From IMG/VR virus record IMGVR_UViG_3300005439_000017, positions 1-64,000 of that record: a DNA stretch of 64,000 nt. The stretch is one strand, 5' to 3'. A program made the position numbers and the translations under genes. Source of the stretch: a virus (Duplodnaviria > Caudoviricetes). Positions within the stretch are counted from its first letter, which is position 1; each line of letters starts with the position of its first letter. Of the stretch, positions 1-9,294 are shown one piece after another. Below the pieces are notes generated by a model that saw nothing but the letters and a program-made list of their open reading frames with translations, had not been told where the DNA came from and did no database searches.

Positions 1-213
1 AGATATTATATTAGTAAAAGTGGAGAAACTTTTATAAAAGTATATGATAATGGAAAAACAGAATTTATTCATAAAGATTATCTTGTAACAATTTTTAATA
101 GATTTGAAGATAAAGAATGGAAAGATTACAACATAGATTACTCTTTCTATATTAAAGAGTGTTACAAAGAAATAAATAATATAATTCTAAAACAATTAAG
201 TTTGAAAATATGA
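1..213 (+). CDS. C-terminal end (partial) of crAss-type family B DNA polymerase
   Basis: Not in the ORF track. Frame 1 is open from base 1 to TGA 211-213: RYYISKSGETFIK...FNRFEDKEWKDYNIDYSFYIKECYKEINNIILKQLSLKI. This resembles the RYYxS...YxIxYxxYIxE...QLSL tail I recall for crAss-like PolB; it overlaps the next ATG (ATGA). Confidence 0.6.
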   Translation, partial: RYYISKSGETFIKVYDNGKTEFIHKDYLVTIFNRFEDKEWKDYNIDYSFYIKECYKEINNIILKQLSLKI

Positions 214-614
214 AAACAAATAAAAAACAAAATCTTGAAATAACATACGAATATAGTGCGTTAACTATAAAACGTAACGGAAGTTATATGATACACATAA
301 ATGTTTCAGAGAGTGATATATCTTGTGGAGTAAAACAATTGTATAGTCTTCCTAGTGATGGTAGTATAGTTTTCCAAAGAAATACTATTAATGAAGTTAA
401 GGAGATATTTGAAAAAGGAATTAAACTTATTAAAAAAGGATGGAAAAACAAATATGGTGATTATGAAGATGAGTGTGCTTTTGTAATTTGTAGCAATACA
501 ACAGATATTTCTTCATCAAAAATTAATGCAATTCTTGATGAATTAGCAACTTCTAAGTCTAGAATAAGAGTAAATCCTAATACTGGGAATAAGATTAAAG
601 TTTGGATACTATAA
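210..614 (+). CDS. hypothetical protein (134 aa)
   Basis: ORF coupled to both neighbours (ATGA overlap upstream); no recognisable motif. Confidence 0.6.
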   Translation: MKTNKKQNLEITYEYSALTIKRNGSYMIHINVSESDISCGVKQLYSLPSDGSIVFQRNTINEVKEIFEKGIKLIKKGWKNKYGDYEDECAFVICSNTTDISSSKINAILDELATSKSRIRVNPNTGNKIKVWIL

Positions 615-814
615 TGATTATAGAAGAAATTAAAGATAATAATACAAATTTTGAGTCTGTAGAATTAAAAAGAATGTATAACGGAGACAATACTCAAAAA
701 CCATATTGTAAGAAGCATGGAGCCATGAATAAAGTATCCAAGTTTGAAAATGGTGGATATTGGCGTTGTCTTTATAATAATTGTAGAACAGGCTGTATAG
801 AAATAAACAAATAA
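602..814 (+). CDS. small putative Zn-binding protein (70 aa)
   Basis: CKKH...WRCLYNNCRTGC Cys/His pattern; packed in the operon. Confidence 0.5.
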   Translation: MDTIMIIEEIKDNNTNFESVELKRMYNGDNTQKPYCKKHGAMNKVSKFENGGYWRCLYNNCRTGCIEINK

Positions 815-823
815 GAAGACATA

Positions 824-1645
824 ATGGTAAAGAAAAAAATAACTAATTTTAGACCAAATGTAAGGTCTAGGCATCCTTCTCATTCTAATTTGAGAACTTT
901 ATTACCTTTATTTCCTTTTCGTTCTGTTATTAGATTAGGATCTACTACAGATATGGTAGATACTATTAGTAATGGAGGAAATAGGATAGAGATTAATACC
1001 GTTAATGCTGTTAAGAACAGTTCTAGCAAGCTATTAATGAAGCAGTGTTTCACTGACAATAAAGTAAAAACAGCAGAATGGGTTAAAGGAAATAGTTTAA
1101 ATGATTGGAAGTTTGATTTTCCAATTGTTGCTAAGTCTTTTTATGGTAGTCGCGGAACAGGGAATACCTTAATTAAATCCAAAGAAGAGTTAGACAAATT
1201 TATAAAAGGTAAAACTGTAAATAATTATATTTTTGAGAAATATCATAACTACACGAGAGAATATAGACTTCACTGTACAGAAGATGGATGTTTCTATACT
1301 TGTAGAAAAATGCTAAAGTCCGATTGTCCTGATACAGAGAAATGGCATAGACATGACGATAACAGTATCTGGATTCTTGAAGAAAACGAACAATTCGATA
1401 AACCAACTAATTGGAAAACTATCGAATCTGAATGTGTAAAGGCTTTAAAAGCTGTAGGATTAGATATTTGTAGTTTTGATGTAAAAGTACAAGGAACTAA
1501 AGATAGTAAGGGAAATCAAAGAAAAGATCCTGAATTTATCGTTATTGAGTGTAATAGTGCTAGCTCCTTTGGAAATGTAACTGAACAAAAATATCTTGAA
1601 ACACTACCAAAATTGTTAATGAAAAAATGGAAACAATCAAAATAG
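824..1645 (+). CDS. ATP-grasp amide ligase (RimK-like / phage type)
   Basis: NAVKNSSSKLLMKQCF, FPIVAKSFYGSRGTG (K + glycine loop), IFEKY...EYRLH, GLDICSFDV, and FIVIECNSA (ExN metal-binding motif). Confidence 0.85.
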   Translation: MVKKKITNFRPNVRSRHPSHSNLRTLLPLFPFRSVIRLGSTTDMVDTISNGGNRIEINTVNAVKNSSSKLLMKQCFTDNKVKTAEWVKGNSLNDWKFDFPIVAKSFYGSRGTGNTLIKSKEELDKFIKGKTVNNYIFEKYHNYTREYRLHCTEDGCFYTCRKMLKSDCPDTEKWHRHDDNSIWILEENEQFDKPTNWKTIESECVKALKAVGLDICSFDVKVQGTKDSKGNQRKDPEFIVIECNSASSFGNVTEQKYLETLPKLLMKKWKQSK

Positions 1646-2658
1646 TTACAGCACCAGATGGTGATGAAAGTAAAATATATCTAATAGAGCATAGCAGTTG
1701 TTCAGATCATTTGATATATAATAATTATTATAATGATAAACTTACTGATAATCAAAAAAAGCAAAATTATTCTTTTTATTACAAAAACAGTAATGATAAA
1801 ATCGTAGAGGATGTAGATTTAGAAGATGAAAGATATGTTAATATCAAATTAGCAAACTCAAATACTTTTCAAATTATACCTAAAGCATGGATATCTGATG
1901 AAAGAATTGATGCCTTTAAATTATTAATTAGAAAAATCAATTCTGTCGGAAAAGGCACTATAAAACTATCATATCCAAAACCTTTTATATTTAATTTAAA
2001 GGATAATTTGTACTTTACTAAAGAATACGAATACTGTGATCCTTATAACAAGAAGCTCAGTAAATTAATGGCTAAAGATACTTTTCAAACTGCCAAAAAT
2101 TTAGTAAATTCATACGGTACAGAATATTGGAGAATAGATATTGAAGGCACTCTAAAACAAGATGAGCTAAAATATAAAAAACTATTTCTATTTACTATTT
2201 TCAGATCTTTTTACTATTTTAGAGGAAAAAAGACTTTCTATTCTGATTTGATAATAGAGTTCATAAAGAATGGATTTAATATTATTCAAGCTGCAACATT
2301 TGCAACATTATATATTTATTTTAAAGGGAGTAGTGCGGAAGAAACAATGGGTATGAATGGAAGAACTTTCCCTTTAGAAATAAATAGATATGTAAATATA
2401 GACAAGTTTAAAAAGAACAAATCATTAATCGGAAGCTATTTAGCCACTTATTTTGATTATGGTAATAACCAACAGGCTAATAAAGAATACAAAGGAGTAC
2501 TTATGAAGATAGAAGATTACTTAAAGTACCCACCTTTATCAGGTATGATGTTATCAAAGGATAAAGATGTAAAAAAGGCTGTACTAGCTAAAGATTTTGA
2601 AAAGCTAAAAGAAATATGTGACAAATATGATAAAATAGATCATGATGAAAAGAGATAA
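1627..2658 (+). CDS. hypothetical protein (343 aa) within the amidoligase operon
   Basis: Long ORF overlapping both the ATP-grasp gene and the class-I GATase gene; no motif recognised. Confidence 0.7.
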   Translation: METIKIVTAPDGDESKIYLIEHSSCSDHLIYNNYYNDKLTDNQKKQNYSFYYKNSNDKIVEDVDLEDERYVNIKLANSNTFQIIPKAWISDERIDAFKLLIRKINSVGKGTIKLSYPKPFIFNLKDNLYFTKEYEYCDPYNKKLSKLMAKDTFQTAKNLVNSYGTEYWRIDIEGTLKQDELKYKKLFLFTIFRSFYYFRGKKTFYSDLIIEFIKNGFNIIQAATFATLYIYFKGSSAEETMGMNGRTFPLEINRYVNIDKFKKNKSLIGSYLATYFDYGNNQQANKEYKGVLMKIEDYLKYPPLSGMMLSKDKDVKKAVLAKDFEKLKEICDKYDKIDHDEKR

Positions 2659-3313
2659 GAAAATAGTCATACCTGGGTGGATGGTAGGAGATAACTCTTT
2701 TGGAGTTACAAAAGCCTATCTGGAGTACTTTTCAAGATATGGTAAAGTCCATATACTTCATCCAAGTAATGAAATAGTAGAAGATGCTGATCTTCTTGTT
2801 TTACCAGGAGGAAAAGATGTTTTAACTACCAGATATGGACAAATTCCATCAATGCATACAGGACAGCCTGATATGATACTTGAATGGTTCGATCATACTC
2901 TACTTCCTAAGTATATAGATATGGGAATTCCAATCTTTGCTACTTGTAGAGGTATGCAAACTCTCAATGTCTTCTTTGGAGGATCATTAAAACAGCATTT
3001 ATATGGACACCCATATTCAACAGAATGGAGAGGAGAAAGAGTTCATGAAGTTTATACACCGGAAGACTATGCAAGATTTAAAGCTAGTACTAAGAAGAGT
3101 AGTGTAAAACCCCATATGAAAGTTAATTCTTTACATCATCAAGCTATAGATAAACTTGGTGAAGGTTTAATACCTTTACTTATATCTAATGATGGTATTA
3201 TAGAGGCTATAAAACATGAAACTTTACCTATTTATGGACAACAGTTTCATATAGAAGAAATGTTGATTAGAGACAAACTTTTAGAAGATCTTTTAAAAAT
3301 TAACGAAGAATAA
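2642..3313 (+). CDS. class I glutamine amidotransferase / gamma-glutamyl hydrolase (Peptidase C26, PuuD-like)
   Basis: LVLPGGKDV oxyanion strand, FATCRGMQTLNVFFGGSL nucleophile elbow (Cys), VNSLHHQAI, and QFHIE (His-x-Glu). Confidence 0.9.
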   Translation: MMKRDKKIVIPGWMVGDNSFGVTKAYLEYFSRYGKVHILHPSNEIVEDADLLVLPGGKDVLTTRYGQIPSMHTGQPDMILEWFDHTLLPKYIDMGIPIFATCRGMQTLNVFFGGSLKQHLYGHPYSTEWRGERVHEVYTPEDYARFKASTKKSSVKPHMKVNSLHHQAIDKLGEGLIPLLISNDGIIEAIKHETLPIYGQQFHIEEMLIRDKLLEDLLKINEE

Positions 3314-3317
3314 ATTT

Positions 3318-4160
3318 ATGATAAAATTATCAAAAGATATTAAAATAGGATGTGATCCTGAATTTTTCCTTATAGATGAACAAGGAGAACCTCAATCTGC
3401 TATAGGTCTTATAGGAGGAAGTAAAGAGAATCCGACCTCTATTGGAAGAGATTGCTATATTCAAGAAGATAATGTAGCTGTAGAGTTCAATGTACCCCCT
3501 TGTGATAATTCTAAAGATTTAGGAGAGTATATAAGGTATACTGTAGACTTTATAGAAGGTCTTATATATATACTACATTTAAAACCGCATATTGTTCCTT
3601 CTTGCCATTTCAAAGAGGATCAACTATTACATCCAATGGCAAAAGCTTTTGGATGTACACCAGATTATTGCGCCTGGAATGATGGAGAAATGAATGATTC
3701 TCCTGAACCACCAGAATCACTAAGAACAGCAGCAGGGCATATTCATATAAGCTTCCCAGAAGCAGATATGAAGGAAGAAACCAATAAGATGGAATTTAAA
3801 ATGGCCTTTATTAAGGCATTGGATCTATTCTTAGGAGTTCCTAGTGTTGTATTCGATACAGATACTGAAAGACGTAGCGTATATGGAAAAGCTGGCTGTT
3901 TTAGAGATAAAATGTGGGGACTAGAATATAGAGTATTATCTAACTTCTGGATAAGAGATCAAAGTGCTATTGAATGGGTATATGAAAATGTTCAAAGGGC
4001 TTACAATTTCACTAAGGAAGGAAATAGAATCACTCCAGATATTGGAAGTCGAATTATATGGGCAATTAATGGAAATGACATAGATTTGGCCAACAAATTA
4101 ATTAACGAATTTAACCTAAGCAAAATATGTGCGGCATCGCTGGATACAGTTCTGAAGTAA
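3318..4160 (+). CDS. phiEco32-like COOH-NH2 ligase type 2 (glutamine-synthetase-like fold)
   Basis: IGCDPEFFL, QEDNVAVEFN, FGCTPDYCAWN, LRTAAGHIHIS, DLFLGVPSV, RRSVYGKAGCFR, and GLEYRVLSNFW. Confidence 0.9.
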   Translation: MIKLSKDIKIGCDPEFFLIDEQGEPQSAIGLIGGSKENPTSIGRDCYIQEDNVAVEFNVPPCDNSKDLGEYIRYTVDFIEGLIYILHLKPHIVPSCHFKEDQLLHPMAKAFGCTPDYCAWNDGEMNDSPEPPESLRTAAGHIHISFPEADMKEETNKMEFKMAFIKALDLFLGVPSVVFDTDTERRSVYGKAGCFRDKMWGLEYRVLSNFWIRDQSAIEWVYENVQRAYNFTKEGNRITPDIGSRIIWAINGNDIDLANKLINEFNLSKICAASLDTVLK

Positions 4161-5824
4161 ACTTCAACACAGATAAATTAAAACTATTAATACTATACAA
4201 TGAAAGTAGAGGAGAAGACGCTACAGGAATGTGGATAAAAAGAAATGGTATTATTAAAGTGAATGGAAAAGCATCTGAAAAATTCATTCCAGACATTATT
4301 ATACCAGAGAATACTATGGCTATTTGCCATACCAGAAAAGCAACAAGAGGAGCTAAGATTACAAAAAATGCTCATCCATTTAGATATGGAAATATAATCG
4401 GTTGCCAAAATGGTATGGTAAAGAATGTTTGGGATCTTTGCAAAGAAAATGATTTAAAATATGTAGATATAGATGTTGATAGTCAGGTTATCTATGCTTT
4501 GATGGATAAAATTAAAGCTGATAATCCCAACACATATATTGAAGAAACCATCAAAAAGATCAACCAGGAGACAGCTTTATTATTCACAGACTTGGATACC
4601 CCTGATGTATTATATGCTTATAGAAATAAAGATAGACCTTTATTTAGAGGTTTACTGAAGTTTTCTGAACAACCTCAAATGTATATAAGCAGCATCAAGG
4701 AATCTTTAGAAGCTATTGGGTGTGACAATATTAAAGAGTTTAAAGAGGAATATCTCTATTCTATTCAAAATGGTAGAATTTTAGGAACTCCTAAAAAATT
4801 AAAAATTCCTAGTTTTACTACAGTAGGATCTTATAACAACTATCCAACATATGGAAATTATGGTCAGCAAACGGTTAACTTTACGAAAACTGATATTGTA
4901 AAAGATTTCGAAGATACTTTAAAGAAATCTATTGCTAAAGCAAATAGTAATTCCAGTATTACAAACTATACATCAACAAACTCAAGTTCAAATTGTAGGA
5001 TAGTACCTAACAACATACTTGCAGTAGGTGATAAATGTATGATACTAACTGAAGGTAAGTATAGAGGAAAAATGGGAACTCTGAGAATATTCTATCCACA
5101 AAATGGTCAAATATCAACATCTTATTTAAGTAATGCTCCCTTTGCAAGTAAAATCGGAAGTAACTGGTCTATAACAATTGAGATGGAAGGGCATAAAGTT
5201 TATGACGTTATTCCAACAAAAGATCTACTTTTGTATAAGACAGCTCAGGGCGAATTCGTTAAATCAATGTTAGAATTACAAGAATATATTAAAATCACTG
5301 AAGTGACAACAAACAAATCTATAGAGGATTTCAAAGTTCATCAAATAGTATATTTACTAGTAGATGATGAATATTTAAAAGCACAGATAGTTACTATCTA
5401 TAGTCTAGGTCAAGGTAACAGAAGGATGAGTCTGCAATTATGTGATGGTGTAAAAATAGACAATAGTTCGTTTGTGCAAATTAACAACGATTTTAGTAAT
5501 GTATACGCAACAATACCTAAAAAAGACGACATGGAAGATCCGCAGGAGAATTCCGAATCTCTTTACGATACAATAGATGATATCAAACAAAGTTTAAAAA
5601 AGTTTGGGGTAATAGATGATACTGGAACTTTAACAATCTGTGAACAAGTAGAGGAAGATATGCAATGTCTGGAAGACATGGTTGAAGATATGACGATTTC
5701 AAGAGAAAAAATACTTGAAAGTATTAATCTCTTTAAAGCTAATCTTTTATTAGCTGCAGAAACGTTTGCAACTCAATTGTATGAAGAAGATGAAAGAAAA
5801 AGAGGTATAACTAATAAAGTGTAA
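4127..5824 (+). CDS. class II (Ntn) glutamine amidotransferase with long C-terminal extension (KOW/SH3-like modules, acidic tail)
   Basis: N-terminal MCGIAG (Cys1 after Met removal), RGEDATG, CHTRKATRG, NAHPF, QNG, DVDS; then an S/N-rich linker and VGDKCMILTEGKYRGKMGTL (KOW-like). Confidence 0.9.
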   Translation: MCGIAGYSSEVNFNTDKLKLLILYNESRGEDATGMWIKRNGIIKVNGKASEKFIPDIIIPENTMAICHTRKATRGAKITKNAHPFRYGNIIGCQNGMVKNVWDLCKENDLKYVDIDVDSQVIYALMDKIKADNPNTYIEETIKKINQETALLFTDLDTPDVLYAYRNKDRPLFRGLLKFSEQPQMYISSIKESLEAIGCDNIKEFKEEYLYSIQNGRILGTPKKLKIPSFTTVGSYNNYPTYGNYGQQTVNFTKTDIVKDFEDTLKKSIAKANSNSSITNYTSTNSSSNCRIVPNNILAVGDKCMILTEGKYRGKMGTLRIFYPQNGQISTSYLSNAPFASKIGSNWSITIEMEGHKVYDVIPTKDLLLYKTAQGEFVKSMLELQEYIKITEVTTNKSIEDFKVHQIVYLLVDDEYLKAQIVTIYSLGQGNRRMSLQLCDGVKIDNSSFVQINNDFSNVYATIPKKDDMEDPQENSESLYDTIDDIKQSLKKFGVIDDTGTLTICEQVEEDMQCLEDMVEDMTISREKILESINLFKANLLLAAETFATQLYEEDERKRGITNKV

Positions 5825-5825
5825 T

Positions 5826-7331
5826 ATGACAACAATTAGTGAAACGAAAACAAAAAATAGGTCACAAATAGTTACTACTATATCGGGAAAGGAAATAGAA
5901 AGAGAGAAATGTAAGAAAATTCTCAAAAATGGAGAACCCTATTTTCATGAAATAGGAGTAGATTGTTTCCTTATAGGAGATAAATACGTATCTAAACACT
6001 TTAACAGAATTGAAATAGATCAATCTACAGGAGAGTATTTCTGGATATCTAAAATGGGAAATATAGTTACTGATGTACAAAATAGTGAACTTATATTTGG
6101 ATATAGTACAGACTCTTATCCTATTGGATTTAAAGATTATAATAATAAACAAATCTATTGTCTAAATAAAGAAATCTATAACAAAGTAGAGAAGTACCTT
6201 GTAGAATGTCCTTTCACAGGTGAGGTCTTTTTTAAGAAATCTCCTGTTACTAAACCAATGATTTTCAATCCTGAACAGGATTGTTACAATAATATAGTAT
6301 CTAGTAAGACAGCTAAAATTAGAAATTATTCAGCTGTAGAAAAAACAGAATTAGGAATAGAATCTAAAACATTTCAAAATACTGGAGGACTATCTTATAC
6401 TTGGGGAATTGAGATGGAGATGAGCGATGGAAAGTTGAGTAAAAATGAAGCTATAAACAATAATCTAAATATTCTTGTAACTAAAGATGGTTCTTTAACT
6501 TCTAATGAAGGAAGAAGATATGGTGGCGGAGAGATTGTAACAGGAGTATTTACTGGAGATGCTGGAATTGAACAATTAAAGAAGATTACTAGTATTTTGG
6601 AAAAGAGATGTTTAGTAAATCAAACTTGTTCAACTCACGTTCATGTAGGAGTACAAAATCCTAGTGACGAGTTTACAGTATATGCTTATGCTTTGGGATT
6701 AGCTCTTGAAAAATCATTAAATACACTTCTTCCTCATTATAGAAGAACAACCAGTAATCAATATTGCAGAGGTCTTAAAGTATTGAGATTAGATCAATAT
6801 AGTGCTTTTAAACAACACTATGTTCCTGAAGGATCTGAAAAAGATACTAATAAATCTATGTATAGAAGTTTTATACTTCAACAATATAGAAGGATCTTTT
6901 ATTGGTTATCTGGAGGTAATGAATTATCTCCCGATTGTAATCGCAAATTTAATCATCCAAAAGGGAACAAATGTGGATACGATCACAGTACTCCAAGGTA
7001 TTGTTGGTTAAATCTCATTCCTTGCAATTTTAACACAAGAGGAAACAATGTATATACTATAGAAGTTCGTAATTTTAGTGAAACTAAAAACTTCACAAAG
7101 ATTAAAAATTGGCTATTATTATGTTTAGCTTTTGTATATTATATTGAAAATAAACAATCTGAAATATTAAAATATGTAGGTACTAAAAATACTATTGGAT
7201 GGAGAAATATTCTAAGTGCTGCATATAGTAATACTCCAAAACTTTTGGAAGAATTAACAAAATATTTCAAAGAAAGAGAATATTTCTTTGAAGCAGAACA
7301 TAGAAAAGAGGAGGATTTTAAATGTGCTTAA
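5826..7331 (+). CDS. putative amidoligase (Amidoligase_2, GS/GCS-like fold) with ~190 aa N-terminal extension
   Basis: TWGIEMEM, KDGSL, GGEIVTG, VNQTCSTHVHVG, RYCWLNL, and TIEVRNFSET...IKNW: the ExE, DxS, E, HxH and ExR residues typical of COOH-NH2 ligases. Confidence 0.8.
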   Translation: MTTISETKTKNRSQIVTTISGKEIEREKCKKILKNGEPYFHEIGVDCFLIGDKYVSKHFNRIEIDQSTGEYFWISKMGNIVTDVQNSELIFGYSTDSYPIGFKDYNNKQIYCLNKEIYNKVEKYLVECPFTGEVFFKKSPVTKPMIFNPEQDCYNNIVSSKTAKIRNYSAVEKTELGIESKTFQNTGGLSYTWGIEMEMSDGKLSKNEAINNNLNILVTKDGSLTSNEGRRYGGGEIVTGVFTGDAGIEQLKKITSILEKRCLVNQTCSTHVHVGVQNPSDEFTVYAYALGLALEKSLNTLLPHYRRTTSNQYCRGLKVLRLDQYSAFKQHYVPEGSEKDTNKSMYRSFILQQYRRIFYWLSGGNELSPDCNRKFNHPKGNKCGYDHSTPRYCWLNLIPCNFNTRGNNVYTIEVRNFSETKNFTKIKNWLLLCLAFVYYIENKQSEILKYVGTKNTIGWRNILSAAYSNTPKLLEELTKYFKEREYFFEAEHRKEEDFKCA

Positions 7332-7999
7332 TAATAGCTAAACCACAAAAAATAGCATATAACGCTAAGAAAATAAACGAATACATCAAAAAAGGATATG
7401 CTGTTAATAGAGATGGGTTAGGATTTGCCTATAAAAAGAGATCTCAAAATTCAGTTACCATAAGAAGAGGATTTAAAAGTGCTGAAGATATTATAGACAC
7501 TTTGGATTCTTTAAAATTTAGTAAAGACGATGAATTAATAATTCATTTAAGGATGGGTACATGTGGAGAGAAGTCCATAATTAATAATCACCCATTTCCT
7601 ATAACTAAAGATGTAAATCTTCTTACAAAAGAAGAGATTATAACCTCTGTAGGAGCTTTTGCTCATAATGGAATTATGAATCCTTTTTCATATTCTAATT
7701 CTAAATATTGTGATAGTTATAATTTTGTTAGAGACTTTTTATTTGAAACAACGACTAAGGACGATAATACAAAAGATTTCTGCTATAATGTGCTATATGA
7801 TATAAGACAGGAATGTAAAACTTTAAAAGGGTTCTACGATGTTATAGATAAAATGCCTCTGTTTGGTTCAAATAGATTTGCATTTTTAACAGGAAGGGGG
7901 TTATTAGTTACAGGAGATTGGTGGAGAGATAATCATGGTATATTATTGTCTACAAAAGCATCAGATTCAGCTAAAAAATATTATGAACAATGGAAATAG
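7322..7999 (+). CDS. second class II glutamine amidotransferase (stand-alone, YafJ/GATase_4-like)
   Basis: MCLII (Cys1), NRDGLGFAY, IHLRMGTCG, NNHPF, FAHNGI, and DS. Confidence 0.85.
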   Translation: MCLIIAKPQKIAYNAKKINEYIKKGYAVNRDGLGFAYKKRSQNSVTIRRGFKSAEDIIDTLDSLKFSKDDELIIHLRMGTCGEKSIINNHPFPITKDVNLLTKEEIITSVGAFAHNGIMNPFSYSNSKYCDSYNFVRDFLFETTTKDDNTKDFCYNVLYDIRQECKTLKGFYDVIDKMPLFGSNRFAFLTGRGLLVTGDWWRDNHGILLSTKASDSAKKYYEQWK

Positions 8000-8373
8000 G
8001 TAAAATATATAAAATAAATCTGCAAAATAGTCCTTATAATGGGAGAGAGGCTATTCCCTATAGAAAACAACCAGGTGGAGGAACAGGATATGACTGTGTA
8101 GTGGTGGGGAACGGTGAAGGTATATCTTTGAGAGATGATCAGATTGTTATAAATAATCATTCTAGTAAAACTATAAAAGAGGAGATAAGTAATATTGAAA
8201 GTAGAAAAGAGTTCTTAGAATATGTTCTTGATAATATCAAAGATTTGGAAAAGGATGAGTTTACTGAGAAAGAACTAAAAGAAATGGTAATTTTCAGAAA
8301 GATAGATATGATTAGTAGTGGTAAAGAGAAGCTTGATAAGAAAAGTCTAGCAAAATTAATCAGCTCATTATGA
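7990..8373 (+). CDS. hypothetical protein (127 aa)
   Basis: Overlap-coupled ORF; beta-rich N-terminal half and charged helical C-terminal half. Confidence 0.6.
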   Translation: MEIGKIYKINLQNSPYNGREAIPYRKQPGGGTGYDCVVVGNGEGISLRDDQIVINNHSSKTIKEEISNIESRKEFLEYVLDNIKDLEKDEFTEKELKEMVIFRKIDMISSGKEKLDKKSLAKLISSL

Positions 8374-8573
8374 TAGAAGAATATCTTGCTATATTACTTA
8401 CAGAACATCCAGAGTTAGAAGGTGAAAGTTTAGATATTATAAAACAAAAGCTAAAAGAATACTTTAATGTAGATTTTACAACTAAACAAATAGCCGATGT
8501 ATATCAACTATCTAATCAATTCGAAACTATAAACGAGGATGGTGGAGAGGAGGATTTTTTCGATGACTTCTAA
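8370..8573 (+). CDS. small acidic hypothetical protein (67 aa)
   Basis: ATGA overlap with the upstream gene; ends EDGGEEDFFDDF. Confidence 0.55.
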   Translation: MIEEYLAILLTEHPELEGESLDIIKQKLKEYFNVDFTTKQIADVYQLSNQFETINEDGGEEDFFDDF

Positions 8574-8745
8574 TCTATTGGAAAGTGATTTCTTAATTAT
8601 TCCAGACGAAGAGACAACAAATATAAAAGTTAAAGGAAGAAAGGAGGAAAAAGATAATAAAGATAGCAAAGAAGATGAAGATGAAACAGTTGGTAATCCT
8701 TTTGGATTATTAGGAGAAGAACCATATCAATTTTATGGAGATTAA
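8539..8745 (+). CDS. small acidic hypothetical protein (60-68 aa; alternative ATG at 8563)
   Basis: Fills the gap up to the GTG at 8749; D/E/K-rich. Confidence 0.45.
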   Translation: MVERRIFSMTSNLLESDFLIIPDEETTNIKVKGRKEEKDNKDSKEDEDETVGNPFGLLGEEPYQFYGD

Positions 8746-8748
8746 ATC

Positions 8749-9294
8749 GTGAAATTCGTTATAAATATAAACACGTTATTAAAATATTCTATAACAGCTG
8801 AACAATATAGTTTTCTATATCTTTTGGCATCTGAAGAGTTAAGTATTCTTGAGAAATATCTTAGTTTGTTCAATAGTGTATCTTTAGAAGATTTAGATCG
8901 TCTAAAAAATATTGGTTTAATAACTTTTATTAGCTCTAATATAAGCGATATTAAAGTTACCAACAAAGCGAGAGATATACTAGAATTAAATAAGCTAGAT
9001 AATTACATTACAGAACTTTGGAAATTATTTCCTTCTATGACTCCTAATGGTAGGAAACTAAAACAATGTTCTAAGAAGACAGCTGAAATAACATACAACA
9101 AATGTCATGAGAACATAGAAGAAAATCATAACAAGATAATGGAAGCATTAAATAAAGAAATAGAACATAGAAGATTAAATGGTTCTATGGATTATATGCA
9201 GAACATTAAAACATGGTTATATAATAGAAGCTATGAAGCTTTTATGGAAGATAATAACGATAATTCGTTAGATATTGCCCCAAAATTCGTTTAA
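8749..9294 (+). CDS. putative replisome organiser / replication initiator
   Basis: GTG start; wHTH-like N-terminal half; ELWKLFP and YMQNIKTWL motifs like phage replisome-organiser C-terminal domains; directly upstream of DnaB. Confidence 0.6.
   Translation: MKFVININTLLKYSITAEQYSFLYLLASEELSILEKYLSLFNSVSLEDLDRLKNIGLITFISSNISDIKVTNKARDILELNKLDNYITELWKLFPSMTPNGRKLKQCSKKTAEITYNKCHENIEENHNKIMEALNKEIEHRRLNGSMDYMQNIKTWLYNRSYEAFMEDNNDNSLDIAPKFV

Noticed and set aside
560-614. RVNPNTGNKIKV resembling the HU/IHF arm (RNPxTGExI)
   Set aside because: The rest of the 134 aa protein lacks the HU helical core; too short a match.
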